From positions 1-36,855 of the forward strand of contig JBEKZX010000012.1 in NCBI GenBank assembly GCA_049509455.1: a stretch of DNA of 36,855 nt. Reading direction: 5' to 3'. The DNA comes from Conexivisphaerales archaeon. Lineage in GTDB: Archaea > Thermoproteota > Nitrososphaeria > Conexivisphaerales > DTJL01. The stretch's first letter is position 1, and each line of letters starts with the position of its first letter. Of the stretch, positions 9,096 through 19,693 are shown in pieces. The position numbers were made by a program, and so were the translations under genes. A model generated the notes under the pieces. That model was not told the origin of the DNA. It was given only the letters and a program-made list of their open reading frames with translations, and made no database searches.

Positions 9096-9908
9096 TCAGT
9101 CGAGGAGGGTCCTCTGTCCGGGCGTCGCCTGCCCCACCATCCTCCCCCTCCACCCCATAGGGTTCCGGCCCATCAACTCCATGAACTGGTTCACCGTGGC
9201 GGGGCTGAAGCCGGCGAAATGATTGTTGGCGAACACGTAGCCCCGACGAATTGACGCTTCTACCTTGGACAGCCGCTCCGACCACTTCACCATCTCGGCC
9301 GTCCTGTCCTTCTGCAACTTGCCGAAGTCCTCCTCCCTGATTGAGCGGTCCCCGATGAGCCTCAGGTAGACGATGGACGCAGTCACCCTGTCCGGGACCT
9401 TGACGTAGGGGATCTCAGACCAGACGAGAGTCATCCCCAGCTGCTCGAGGAGGGCGTAGACCCTGTCGTTGAACCACGACGCATGCCTGAACTCGATGGC
9501 GTATTGAAGGTCGGGGGGAAGGGACCTCAGGAAGTCCTCCAGCCTTCCGCCACTCTCCTGATATGAGTACGAGGGGGGCAACTGAACCAAGACAGGCCCC
9601 AGCTTCGGACCTAGCAGCCTGATCGTCCTGAGGAACCTGTCGGATACCCCTTCGCAACCGACGAACCTCCTGTCGTGCGTTATCTCCTTGGGCATCTTAG
9701 CGGAGAACAGGAACCCTTCCGGCACGGCCCTCCTCCAGAGCTCGACCGCCCACGAGGAGGGGATGCGATAGAAGGAGGAGTCGATTTCGACCGTGTCGAA
9801 CACCGCGCTATAGAGCTTCAGGAAATCCCTTGGCTTCGTATCCTTGGGGAAGAACGGCCCGACCCACGACGAGTAGCTCCATCCCGAGCAGCCCGCTCGA
9901 AGCTCCAT
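9096..9908 (-). CDS. DUF72 family protein
   Basis: GCSGWSY, VEIDSSFY, FSAKMP, LVQLPPS, YAIEFRH, YLRLIG and FANNHF motifs. Confidence 0.92.
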   Translation of the reverse strand: MELRAGCSGWSYSSWVGPFFPKDTKPRDFLKLYSAVFDTVEIDSSFYRIPSSWAVELWRRAVPEGFLFSAKMPKEITHDRRFVGCEGVSDRFLRTIRLLGPKLGPVLVQLPPSYSYQESGGRLEDFLRSLPPDLQYAIEFRHASWFNDRVYALLEQLGMTLVWSEIPYVKVPDRVTASIVYLRLIGDRSIREEDFGKLQKDRTAEMVKWSERLSKVEASIRRGYVFANNHFAGFSPATVNQFMELMGRNPMGWRGRMVGQATPGQRTLLD

Positions 9909-10126
9909 CCGAGGCTCGGTGCGCCTCCTTCTATATCAGCACGCGGGCATTTGTCCGGGATAGACTTGACGCGGGAAGTGTTTTTGCTCCCTCCTTTCTT
10001 GTGACGTGACTGTGGGCCTGCAAGGAGCTGAAGAACGAAGAGAACTCCGACCGGGACACGAAGCAGCCGAAGAAGGCCCTGGACCCCAAGGACAGGGACG
10101 CAATCGAAGTCTAGCTATCGAATATG

Positions 10127-11494
10127 TCACTTTTGGGCGACAGCACTGGAAGGAGTGGTCGATTGCGAGTCCTGTGGATACTCAGGAAACTTCGACATAT
10201 TCATGACGATCACGTGTCTCCGGAGCTTCCAGACCTTCGCGAAGAAGAGGATCGCCGCCTTCTCAAATCCCTTGAACCAATTCCACGCCTGCGAGACTAC
10301 GGCCAGGATGGTAATACCGGCGGCCGTTCCAATCGATGTTACGTCAGTCCAGAGGGTCTTTGCGTTCGTCGGGTTCAGGATGTCCTTTAGAGTCTGCTTC
10401 CCCCATGGGAGGGAGTTGAACCATATGTAGACCACATACACGATCGTGACGGCCGCACCCACAAGGGCTAGGGCGGCGAGTATGAGGGAGCCGTAAAGGC
10501 AGGCGCTTCCCCCTACATTCAGGATGTCCCTAGGCGAGTCCGCCCCCACGAGAAGGTCCGACCAGGTCTGGATGTTTCTACGCAGCTCATCATTAACAAC
10601 CCCAAGCCTCTTGGCTCTTCCCTCCGCCGTCTCGGACATGTGGCTTATCCTGTCGATGACTGAACGCTTGCCCGCGTACGCATAGAGGTCATTCTCGATG
10701 ATATCGTAGGCTCCCTCTGGCAGAACGCTCCGCAATTCAGAAAGGCAGCCCCGCAACCCCTCGGCCGTCTCCGTTAATTTGTCGCCCTCGCGGGGGTGCT
10801 GAAGCCTCGAACAGTATTGCCCAAAGAGAACCGCGTAGTAGGCGTATGGAAGTTGCGCCCTGACGGCGCCCAAGATCTGATCATAGTCGGAATCGAACTG
10901 CTCCTTGGTTATGACGGCGGAAGCCCCATTAGCGGACGGCGACGGCTGGGCGCCGCTAGAGGAAGATTGAGAGGCGGAGCCCGCAATCGAGATCAAGTCC
11001 TTGGCCATCTGCTCTAGATTTGCTGAAATCGACGTGAGGTCTGGGGTCTTTGTCTCGCCCGACGGCTTGTCAGGCTTCCCTTCCACGGATCTGCTGAAAG
11101 CCACCTGGGTCGTGATATGGTCAAGGTCGTCCGACACACCGTCGGCCCCCACCGCTGCCCATTCCGACACCAAGTTGGCGTAGGTGGAGAGCCAGGGCAG
11201 GAGCCTGTTTCTAACCTTTGCCAGTTCGGCTTTGTCCTTGGACGAGGGCTTCGGCTGCTGCCCATCGGGAACCGACTTGGGAACCGACCAAAGTTCCCCC
11301 TCTTGGTAGTAAAGTCCCCGGCAGGCCTCATAGGACCACCCCGTCATGAAGCCTTGGTAGAGGGAGACGGAAGCATCAGAAGTCTTCCCATCCGAAGACG
11401 AATCAGAAGTCCCATCCGATGAACCATCATCCTTCCCCTTTCCGCTTCCCGCCTTCTTCCCATCCTTTCCGGCGCCGGCGTCCTTCTTTGCCAA
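10127..11494 (-). CDS. Hypothetical protein with a low-complexity N-terminus and two C-terminal TM segments
   Basis: 455-aa open frame (TTG start); K/G/S/D-rich first ~45 aa; hydrophobic segments LYGSLILAALALVGAAVTIVYVVYIW and IGTAAGITILAVV. Confidence 0.65.
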   Translation of the reverse strand: MAKKDAGAGKDGKKAGSGKGKDDGSSDGTSDSSSDGKTSDASVSLYQGFMTGWSYEACRGLYYQEGELWSVPKSVPDGQQPKPSSKDKAELAKVRNRLLPWLSTYANLVSEWAAVGADGVSDDLDHITTQVAFSRSVEGKPDKPSGETKTPDLTSISANLEQMAKDLISIAGSASQSSSSGAQPSPSANGASAVITKEQFDSDYDQILGAVRAQLPYAYYAVLFGQYCSRLQHPREGDKLTETAEGLRGCLSELRSVLPEGAYDIIENDLYAYAGKRSVIDRISHMSETAEGRAKRLGVVNDELRRNIQTWSDLLVGADSPRDILNVGGSACLYGSLILAALALVGAAVTIVYVVYIWFNSLPWGKQTLKDILNPTNAKTLWTDVTSIGTAAGITILAVVSQAWNWFKGFEKAAILFFAKVWKLRRHVIVMNMSKFPEYPQDSQSTTPSSAVAQK

Positions 11495-11871
11495 TCTGAT
11501 TAATGCTCTGGTGCATGACGATTAAAACATTTCGGGAACGCGCATAGACTGCGTTGTAGGATTATAGAAGAATGCCGGAGAACCGCCTTTTGGTGCAAAT
11601 ATAGAGCTGGAAGGGCGGTATTCATGAAGGAATTCGGAGGTAGCTCTTCCGCGGTCGGTCACCATGATAGGTACCTGATGGAATATGCAATATATATATC
11701 TTCAGGCAGGAGGATATGTATGATGGGAATATATCTGGTAAGAAGGTACCATTTTGCCCCTCGGCATCATCACCGCCTCCCTGGCGGCGCACGCTAGCTT
11801 CGCGGTGGAGGTCGGCGGTTCGAACCGCCAAACCTTTTAGCGGAGGACGAGGAATTGTATGTGACCGCACG

Positions 11872-12765
11872 GTGGACAGAACCGACCTGGCCCTCTGCAT
11901 GACCCTCCTGGCCAACTCCAGGACCCCATATCAAGAGCTGGCCGACTCGCTGGGCCTTTCGGTGAACGCCGTCCACAGGAGGATAATGGCCCTTGTGGAG
12001 GAGGGCGTCATCAAGGCCTTCACGGCCAGGGTGGGCATGCTCGCGCTCAGGGCCGTCAACGTCTGGATATTCGGCAGGTCCGACGCCGTCCCTCTGGAGG
12101 AGGTCCACCTGAGGCTCCAGAAGAGCGACATGGTGTACTGGGTGGCCTATTCGGGCGGGGGGTTCGTGTACGTCGGAGCCTACCTCCAAGACATCTCCAG
12201 GCTGGACGAGCTCGTCACCTTTGTCGAGGCGGAGGCGAAGATGAAAGAGTCGTCGGTGGGGATCCTGAGCCCTCCTCCGCCCCAGCGGCCGGAGGAGAAG
12301 CTTCATCCGCTGGACTACCAAATCATCAGGGCCCTGCACAGGGACGCGAGGAAGCCCACATCGGAAGTCGCCCTTGAAGTGAAGGCGTCGGCCAGGACCG
12401 TCCAGAGGAGGCTTGACCGGATGGTCAAGCTTGCCCTCGTGGAGCTCTCCCTCGAATGGTACCCCGACGCCTCCGACGACATAGTGTCCCTGTGCCATGC
12501 CAAGCTGCTCCTCGGAAACGACAAATGGAAGGTCGGCGAGGCGCTCAGGGCTCGCCTTGGCCCACACGTCTTGTTCAACATGTACTTCAGCAACTTCCCC
12601 GACCTTTTCATCTCCTTCCTCTGGACGAACTCGATGAGGGAGCTCAAGGAGCTCAAGGAGTCCATGCTCACGGAGGAGGGAGTCGAGTCCATTGCTGCGA
12701 ACGTCCTCAGCACGGGGTACATGTTCGACACCTGGCGGGACAAGCTCCTCTTAGAAGGCTCCTGA
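11872..12765 (+). CDS. Lrp/AsnC-family transcriptional regulator with tandem wHTH modules
   Basis: Two HTH segments: DRTDLALCMTLLANSRTPYQELADSLGLSVNAVHRRI and HPLDYQIIRALHRDARKPTSEVALEVKASARTVQRRL. Start placed at GTG 11872. Confidence 0.85.
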   Translation: MDRTDLALCMTLLANSRTPYQELADSLGLSVNAVHRRIMALVEEGVIKAFTARVGMLALRAVNVWIFGRSDAVPLEEVHLRLQKSDMVYWVAYSGGGFVYVGAYLQDISRLDELVTFVEAEAKMKESSVGILSPPPPQRPEEKLHPLDYQIIRALHRDARKPTSEVALEVKASARTVQRRLDRMVKLALVELSLEWYPDASDDIVSLCHAKLLLGNDKWKVGEALRARLGPHVLFNMYFSNFPDLFISFLWTNSMRELKELKESMLTEEGVESIAANVLSTGYMFDTWRDKLLLEGS

Positions 12766-12971
12766 GGGGGCCTCCCTAGGTCGGCAGGACCCTCAGGGAG
12801 GTTCCGCCGCATCCGAGGCTTGAACGCTCCTCCGGAGGTGGGCGCCGGCGTATGACGTCAATGCCGTTCTATCAACCTCTCTTGGTAAGGAATGCACAAA
12901 GGCCGCCGGCGGCCGTCAACTTCCCACACCATGGCGTTGACATGACGATAAGAAGCTTGGAGGACTACCTC

Positions 12972-13736
12972 ATGACAGGTCAGATGATGAAAATGAACGA
13001 CGCCATCGTGATGGACAACCTGTCCAGGAACTACGGCGATGTCAGGGCCGTGGACGGGCTGAGCCTTGAGGTCCCAGAGGGTCAGCTCTTTGGCCTGCTG
13101 GGGCCGAACGGTTCCGGCAAGACCACGATAATCAAGGTGCTGTGCGGCCTGCTCAAGCCCACGGGAGGGGTCGCCTTCGTGGGCGGATACGAAGTGGGAA
13201 AGAGCGATGGGAAGGTCAAGGAGCTCATAGGGGTCTGCCCGCAGGAGCCGGCAATCTACTCCACGTTGACTGGAAGGGAGAACGTAGAGCTCTTCGGGGA
13301 CCTCCATTCGATGCCCAAGGAGGAGCTGAGGAAGAAGGCCGACGACTACCTTCAGAAGCTCGGCCTCGCCGACGACGCGAGGAGGAAGGTTGGGAAGTAC
13401 AGTGGGGGGATGCAGCGGAGGATCTCCCTCATCATGGCCATCATACACAACCCCTCGATAGCCTTCCTAGACGAGCCCACGGTGGCGATGGACCCACAGT
13501 CCAAGCACGTCGTCTGGGACTTCATCCGGGAGCTGAAGGCGCAAGGGAAGACCGTGATCCTCACGACGCACTACATGGAGGAGGCGGAGGAGCTCTGCGA
13601 CAGGGTTGGGATCATAGACCACGGGAAGCTCATAGCACTGGGGACCCCCCAGGAGCTCAAAGAGAGGTTCAAGGCCAAGGACCTCGAAGATGTCTTCATA
13701 CAACTCACCGGCCGGAAGATAAGGGAGGGCGCCTGA
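12972..13736 (+). CDS. ABC-2 type exporter ATP-binding subunit
   Basis: Walker A GPNGSGKT, signature YSGGMQRR, Walker B FLDEPT, H-loop TTHY. Confidence 0.95.
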   Translation: MTGQMMKMNDAIVMDNLSRNYGDVRAVDGLSLEVPEGQLFGLLGPNGSGKTTIIKVLCGLLKPTGGVAFVGGYEVGKSDGKVKELIGVCPQEPAIYSTLTGRENVELFGDLHSMPKEELRKKADDYLQKLGLADDARRKVGKYSGGMQRRISLIMAIIHNPSIAFLDEPTVAMDPQSKHVVWDFIRELKAQGKTVILTTHYMEEAEELCDRVGIIDHGKLIALGTPQELKERFKAKDLEDVFIQLTGRKIREGA

Positions 13737-13737
13737 A

Positions 13738-14898
13738 TTGAACTCCCGAAGGATTTCGACCCTCGTCAAGGTCAACATCAAGAGGATCGTGAGGGAGCCC
13801 GCCGCCCTCTTCATGGTCATCCTGTTCCCGATCATGCTGACCACCTTCTTCGGAATGGCGTACGGGGGAGTTGGCGGAACCCAGACCACCTATCAGGTGG
13901 GGGTCGTCAACCTAGGCTCTTCCCCCATGGGTCCTTGGGGGCAGGCGTTCGTCGGGAACCTGACCTCGACGAAGATACTGCAGGTCCAGACGTACGATTC
14001 GAACGCCACCGCCCAGAGCGCCCTGCAGCAGGGAAAGCTCTCCGCGGTGATAATAATTCCCGCGAGCTTCGAGCAGAGCGCCGAGGCATACCGACAGAAT
14101 CCCTCGAACCCCGCCGAGTGGAAGGTCTCCACGGTCCAGCTCTACCTTGACAGCGGCTCCATGTTCGCCGTCCAAGCTGTCCACCCCGTCGTCCAAGAGG
14201 CGCTCACCCTCTCGATATCCGGCGCGGCAGCGCAGTCGGCGAGCCTGCCCATCGAGATAGGCTCCTCCTCGCTGATTCAGGTGGCCAAATTCAGCACCTT
14301 CGACTACATGGTGCCTGGCCTCTTCGCGTTCTCGGCCATCTTCCTCACCATGATGGTGGCCCAGTCGTTCACCATGGACCGCGAGAAGGGGCTGCTACTG
14401 AGGATCAACACGACCCCGACGAAGGCCTCCGAGTTCATGGCCAGCCACACCCTTTCCAACATGCTCCTCGCGCTCCTGCAGGTGGGTCTCGTCTTCGCCC
14501 TAGCAAGCGCCATCGGGTACCACCCCCAGGGAGGAGCCTACAGCCTGCTATTCGCCTTCGTCCTCGTTTCCGTCTTCGCCGTCTCTTGCGTCGGGTTCGG
14601 CCTGATAACCGCCACGGTGGCGAAATCATCCGGGGCGGCGACGGGCATCGCCTTCATCTTCATCATGCCCCAGATGTTCCTGGGGACCTTCGTATCGGCG
14701 AACGCATCGGGGGCCATGGCCACGGTGGGGAGATTCGTGCCCAGCTATTACGTCACGGACGCCCTGACTTCGCTCTTCCTCAGAGGGGCCTCACCGACCA
14801 GCATAGCCGTGCTCACCGACCTAGGGATCGTCGCGGGGGTGAGCGTCGCCACGCTCCTTGCGGGCATATGGCTCTACCAGAAGTACGGCGGTTCCTGA
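13738..14898 (+). CDS. ABC-2 type exporter permease
   Basis: Starts 1 nt after the ATPase stop; N-terminal TM, large extracellular loop, then DYMVPG and five further TM segments. Confidence 0.92.
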   Translation: MNSRRISTLVKVNIKRIVREPAALFMVILFPIMLTTFFGMAYGGVGGTQTTYQVGVVNLGSSPMGPWGQAFVGNLTSTKILQVQTYDSNATAQSALQQGKLSAVIIIPASFEQSAEAYRQNPSNPAEWKVSTVQLYLDSGSMFAVQAVHPVVQEALTLSISGAAAQSASLPIEIGSSSLIQVAKFSTFDYMVPGLFAFSAIFLTMMVAQSFTMDREKGLLLRINTTPTKASEFMASHTLSNMLLALLQVGLVFALASAIGYHPQGGAYSLLFAFVLVSVFAVSCVGFGLITATVAKSSGAATGIAFIFIMPQMFLGTFVSANASGAMATVGRFVPSYYVTDALTSLFLRGASPTSIAVLTDLGIVAGVSVATLLAGIWLYQKYGGS

Positions 14899-14919
14899 GC
14901 AGCGAGATGGTGCTTAGAT

Positions 14920-15675
14920 ATGGCATCGACTTCTGAACCTCATGGAGGTAAGCCTTTCGTGGGCCCGAGCTGGAAAGGACTGTACCGAGTCGGCGGGGTA
15001 CTATCGGTCATAACAGGCATCAGCGGACTTTTGGCGACACTCGGAGGGGCAACCCTCTACAAGTCAGGGTATCCGAGCAACGCTACCGCCTACCTGCAGC
15101 TCGTAGCACAACATCAGGGGCTGGCAAACGGCCTCTGGAGCCTCTGGATCATCGGTGACCTATTGGGCATAGCGCCGACAGTCGCCTTGTACCTAGTCTT
15201 GAGGCGCTACAACAGGACCTATGCCCTCCTCGGCAGCCTAATTGCTGGGCTCTACCTGTTCTACGACATGAGCGTCACCGAGCTGAACTCGCTGACGCTC
15301 GTCAGCCTGTCCCAAGGGTACGCCAGCGCCACGACCGACGCCCTGAGAGCGTCCTACGTCGCTGCGGCCACCTATGGTTACGCTGCCCTTCCTCTCCAGA
15401 CCGTCCTCAGCTTCGGGATTGGCTCGGTGGGGTGGCTCCTGTGGTGCATACCCATGGCGAAGAGCGTGTTTGGACCGAGAACTGCATTCTACGGTGCGAT
15501 CGTAAACGTCATCGGCATAGTGGGGGCATTCGCCCCCATTGTTCCGTCATCCTTCATCCTCGGCATCCTGCAGTTCCTAGCTCCCCCCACTATAGGTATT
15601 TGGTTCATCGTTATCGGTTTCCAACTGTACCGCCACAGCGGTCAGCTGGCCAACATGGACGGCACGACTCCTTAG
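14920..15675 (+). CDS. DUF4386-like multi-pass membrane protein
   Basis: 251 aa, about 6 TM segments, co-oriented 21 nt downstream of the permease. The family call is from overall pattern only. Confidence 0.6.
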   Translation: MASTSEPHGGKPFVGPSWKGLYRVGGVLSVITGISGLLATLGGATLYKSGYPSNATAYLQLVAQHQGLANGLWSLWIIGDLLGIAPTVALYLVLRRYNRTYALLGSLIAGLYLFYDMSVTELNSLTLVSLSQGYASATTDALRASYVAAATYGYAALPLQTVLSFGIGSVGWLLWCIPMAKSVFGPRTAFYGAIVNVIGIVGAFAPIVPSSFILGILQFLAPPTIGIWFIVIGFQLYRHSGQLANMDGTTP

Positions 15676-15732
15676 CCCGCAGAGATCTCCGCCCACCCTA
15701 AGGCTAATGACAACTCGGGCAGCGAATTCGAC

Positions 15733-16227
15733 TCATGGAAGGCTCCTCTCCAGGACCACCAATCTGACCTTCGTCCCTTCCACGTCCTCTTCTATCTCTG
15801 TGGTTTCGACGAAACCTAGCCTCTTGTAGAACGCGATCGCCTTTCCGTTGAAGACTTCAGTCTTGACCGTTACTTTGCGGTAGCCGTCAGCGGCGGCGAA
15901 CTCCCTTGCCATCCTGAATAACTCGGTGCCCACTCCTCTTCCGACAAGGCTCTGGAGCACGACTATCCCCGACAGCTCCATCACGGCGGAATCGACTTTC
16001 TTCATGCTGGCGAAGCCCACGGTCCTTCCTGCTTCCTCGGCGATGAAGATTCGAAGGGCTGGGTCCGTGAGCTTTGCCCTCAGTAATCGCTCGGAGGCGA
16101 GCTCGCGCATGACGTCGTCAGTCGCTCCGGTGAATCCCGAGGCGCCTGGCCCGGCTTCACGCCACGCCTCCAAGAAGAAGACGCTCAAACTGTGAAGGTC
16201 ATGGAGTCTTGCGGCCCTGACTTGCAT
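15733..16227 (-). CDS. GNAT-family N-acetyltransferase
   Basis: Acetyl-CoA motif A VVLQSLVGRGVGTELF and motif B NGKAIAFYKRLGF. Confidence 0.9.
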   Translation of the reverse strand: MQVRAARLHDLHSLSVFFLEAWREAGPGASGFTGATDDVMRELASERLLRAKLTDPALRIFIAEEAGRTVGFASMKKVDSAVMELSGIVVLQSLVGRGVGTELFRMAREFAAADGYRKVTVKTEVFNGKAIAFYKRLGFVETTEIEEDVEGTKVRLVVLERSLP

Positions 16228-16429
16228 GGCCCAACAGGGGCTAGGTCTCGCAAATCAGCCTTTTGGTCATGGGATAATATCATGCAATTCCATTTCGGCC
16301 ATGGGCCTTCTCCTTCTCCTGAAAAATCGAGAATCCAATCGACTGATGATTAAGCATCCACATGGAGCCGTATCCTCCCGAGTCCGTACTAGTTCAAGCC
16401 AAGGCAAACCAATCGCCCAATGACTATCA

Positions 16430-16496
16430 CTCTTTTGGGATTGAACATAGCATCCTATGCCCCTATCCCGGCCGGAGAGAACGATTCAGGTAGCAA
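16430..16496 (+). repeat. Dispersed repeat, isolated linker + block L
   Basis: 16443-16477 is 31/35 identical to 19686-19720; 16443-16457 is identical to 33869-33883; CTCTTTTG at 16430-16437 also occurs at 33850-33857. Confidence 0.85.
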
Positions 16497-16531
16497 ACCC
16501 TTATCATCTTGGCCATAGTAATTATGACCGT

Positions 16532-19500
16532 ATGAGGACCTGTAGGGCTCTGGTCCTTGTCCTCTCTTTCTTCTTGTTAGCTTCACCCCTCTTCGCTTGC
16601 ATTTCGTACGCTCAGCCTCCCCCAAGCGGAGACTGGGTAGTGACAGGAAATGAACTAATCCAAAGTGAATCAATTGTCCTAAACGGTAACCTGACCGTTC
16701 AATCGGGAGGAAACCTGTCACTGGAAAATGTAGTGCTCACAATAAACAGTCAGTACTCTGGTCAAAACGGTATCCTAGTCCAGCCTGGAGGTTCTCTCTA
16801 CATCTACAACAGCGATATCACAGCTGGAAACTCGGCTAACAGGTACACATTTGTTGTAAACGGAAACAACTTTGTCATTGAGAACAGTCAGGTGTACGGA
16901 GTTGGATCGTGTGGTAGCGCCCAAGCCTCGAACAATCTGTTCAATTGCCTTCCCCGTGGTGAAGAAAATCACCAATTCACCGTCATTACTGCTGGCATGG
17001 TCGTGGAAACAGATAACGCCCTGATCGAGAACAACCTGTTCTCTCAAAATGCCATTGGTCTGATAGTCGGCGGCTCTAGTGTAACCGTAAAAGGCAATAC
17101 TTTTCAGTCCAACGACTATTCCGCACTTGGACTCATCGACAGCTCAAACGATTTGATTACCGACAATACATTTGAACAGAATCCAGCTAACCTCCAACTA
17201 TGGATTGCTTATCTAGGAAATGCCAATAATTCGCTAATCGAATACAATACACTTCTGACTGAAAACCTTCCGGCAGTGCCTACGCAGGCAAATCCTGCTT
17301 CTTGGACGGAAGGCTTTGGGCCGCAAAGCCGGTGCGATGGCCTTTTCTTAGATTCTTCCTATAGTAACATAATAACTCACAATAATATAACCGCACAAAA
17401 TGTTGCTGTGGCTCTGGAGGGTTCTGACAATAACACTGTTTCAGACAATATTCTAGCTGGCGGTGAAGATGGAATCAACACCGGCGGACATGCTGTCGAC
17501 TCAACCATCGAATCTAACACGATAACTGCTTATGGTACTGCAGCCATAACGTTAATGCTTGCACACGGTAGCGTGGTAGCGAACAACAGTATTTCAACGG
17601 TTGCGGCGTTAGGAATACAGATTGACCACACTTCAAACAGCACCATCCTCAACAACAACATTACCATGAATCAAGTCGGAGATGTGGTCCTATATCTCTC
17701 ATCATCCAATAATGATGTCGTCGCAGGCAATGACCTATCGGGCGCCCTTCAAGGCATCTTGATCTACGACTCTTCTGACAACGGCACCATATACGACAAC
17801 CAAGTTAGCGCCTCTTACAGCATCGCGATCGAAGGGTCATCCTTGAATCGTATTTATCAAAATGACTTTCATGACTTGAGCCCACCAGTAGGAGGTCCCT
17901 CCGACAATGGGAATAATTCGTGGTCTCTTGGCAAGATCGGCAACTATTGGAGCTACTACACGCCAGCAAATCTCAACAGCTGCGCCTATAACTCTCCTTC
18001 TTGCTTTGTAGGCAGTGCCACTTACAATCGGACGAGCATACCTCCGAACGGTACGGAGTTCTACTCCGAGCAGACTCCATTTACTATCTATCAAGTACCG
18101 ATTACGCAACCCCAATTCGTCACATTTCCCATAACCTCAGAACCAGCTGTGGTGCCGGGGAACGTAATAGTGAATCAGGTCGTGCAGATGAATTCAGGCC
18201 ACCTCCCAAGTACGCAAGGAAACTTGACGATTGTAAACAGCACTTTAATCTTAGGCAGCGAAGGCCAGGTGAGTTTGGGGGGCCCAAACTTGACGATAGA
18301 TATCGAGAACAGCGAAATCCTCGATGCTGGCTACGGTTCAGGGATAGGATTAGGTGTCCCCGAAACTTCCCCCACTTCGTCGCTTGTGATAATCAATAGC
18401 ACGTTGGATGGAGTCTCTCTTCAGGATCTAGACGCAATTAACATAACCGTAGAGAATAGCATCATTTCAGATTCTCAACAAGGCTACGGCATAACAATAG
18501 CCAATGCAGACTACGTGAATATTGTGAACAATACTTTTTCGTACGACTTCGCTGGAATCAGGACGAGTGGCTCGGAAGAAAACTCTGGAAGCGTGATAAT
18601 TTCCGGAAACACAGTCTTGTATCCGGTTGGTTCAGGTATCGTTGTAAACGTCGGTCAAGCGTCGAATCCCTATACACTTGTCTCCGGCAATATAGTGACT
18701 GGCGCTTGGAATGGTGGTATAGCTGTTAGCGTCAATGCAACAATTGCCGGGAATATCATTTCAGACAGTCGCAGTCCGATCCAAGTGTCGAATTCTTTTG
18801 ATAGCCTGATTGTAAACAACACGATCTCTAACTCGTTCACAGGCATATGGTTCAGTCAGTGTGGGAGTGACCTCGTCTACCACAACAATTTCATTAACGA
18901 TTCTGTATTTCCTGGGTACTTGCCCGTTCAAAGCTTCGGCGGCTTCCCAAACACCTGGGATTATAACGGACAAGGGAATTACTGGAGTTCTTACAACGGA
19001 ACGGACGCCAACTTGGATGGAATCGGGGACACCCCATTTGTAATTCCCGGCGTTGTTCAGGACAACGATCCGATCATGCAACCTAATGGTTGGCTTACAA
19101 TGTTCTATCTGACGCTGCAAACAAACCTCTCAACGTCAACTACGTTCCAAATCAATGGAACGAGCTTCAGCATCGGACAGAGTGGTAGCGTTAAGCTTCC
19201 GCTAGGCTACATCGCTAACTACAGCATCTCCTTCGCACAAGACGTCCCTGTCTCGGAAGGCATTAGACTTGGCTTCCTCCAATGGAGTGACGGAACACCT
19301 TCTGCAAGCCGGATTCTCAGCCTGTCCGCCAATTCCACCGTGCAAGTCAGCTACATGAATCAATATCAGCTGACGTTAGGGATCTCCCCCTCTGGCAAAG
19401 GTTCCACAGAGCCCTCCGGCAGCAGCTGGATTAACGAGTATACAGTCGTGAACATCACGGCGACGCCTGCACCAGGCTGCAACTTCACCGGATGGAGCGG

Positions 19501-19693
19501 CGACGCTACCGGGACGGCAAATCCAACGCAGGTAACCATGGATGGCCCGAAGAGCATCACCGCCAACTTCCAAGGCACCCCCGGTCCCGAGTCCCCGTGG
19601 GTTCTGGCATCCTTCGTCATCCTGATCGCCGTGCTCCTGGCTGTGGTCGTCGTAGTCAGACATAGGCGTCAGCAGAGCCCGGTTCGAACATAG
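16532..19693 (+). CDS. Large surface protein with right-handed parallel beta-helix (NosD/CASH-type) repeats, a C-terminal InlB-B-like repeat and a TM anchor
   Basis: Signal peptide from ATG 16532; many N/I/S-rich PbH1 repeats; NosD-type GNYWS.Y.G.D...DGIGDTP motif; PAPGCNFTGWSGD...MDGPKSITANF repeat; GPESPW + TM helix + RHRR. Confidence 0.88.
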   Translation: MRTCRALVLVLSFFLLASPLFACISYAQPPPSGDWVVTGNELIQSESIVLNGNLTVQSGGNLSLENVVLTINSQYSGQNGILVQPGGSLYIYNSDITAGNSANRYTFVVNGNNFVIENSQVYGVGSCGSAQASNNLFNCLPRGEENHQFTVITAGMVVETDNALIENNLFSQNAIGLIVGGSSVTVKGNTFQSNDYSALGLIDSSNDLITDNTFEQNPANLQLWIAYLGNANNSLIEYNTLLTENLPAVPTQANPASWTEGFGPQSRCDGLFLDSSYSNIITHNNITAQNVAVALEGSDNNTVSDNILAGGEDGINTGGHAVDSTIESNTITAYGTAAITLMLAHGSVVANNSISTVAALGIQIDHTSNSTILNNNITMNQVGDVVLYLSSSNNDVVAGNDLSGALQGILIYDSSDNGTIYDNQVSASYSIAIEGSSLNRIYQNDFHDLSPPVGGPSDNGNNSWSLGKIGNYWSYYTPANLNSCAYNSPSCFVGSATYNRTSIPPNGTEFYSEQTPFTIYQVPITQPQFVTFPITSEPAVVPGNVIVNQVVQMNSGHLPSTQGNLTIVNSTLILGSEGQVSLGGPNLTIDIENSEILDAGYGSGIGLGVPETSPTSSLVIINSTLDGVSLQDLDAINITVENSIISDSQQGYGITIANADYVNIVNNTFSYDFAGIRTSGSEENSGSVIISGNTVLYPVGSGIVVNVGQASNPYTLVSGNIVTGAWNGGIAVSVNATIAGNIISDSRSPIQVSNSFDSLIVNNTISNSFTGIWFSQCGSDLVYHNNFINDSVFPGYLPVQSFGGFPNTWDYNGQGNYWSSYNGTDANLDGIGDTPFVIPGVVQDNDPIMQPNGWLTMFYLTLQTNLSTSTTFQINGTSFSIGQSGSVKLPLGYIANYSISFAQDVPVSEGIRLGFLQWSDGTPSASRILSLSANSTVQVSYMNQYQLTLGISPSGKGSTEPSGSSWINEYTVVNITATPAPGCNFTGWSGDATGTANPTQVTMDGPKSITANFQGTPGPESPWVLASFVILIAVLLAVVVVVRHRRQQSPVRT

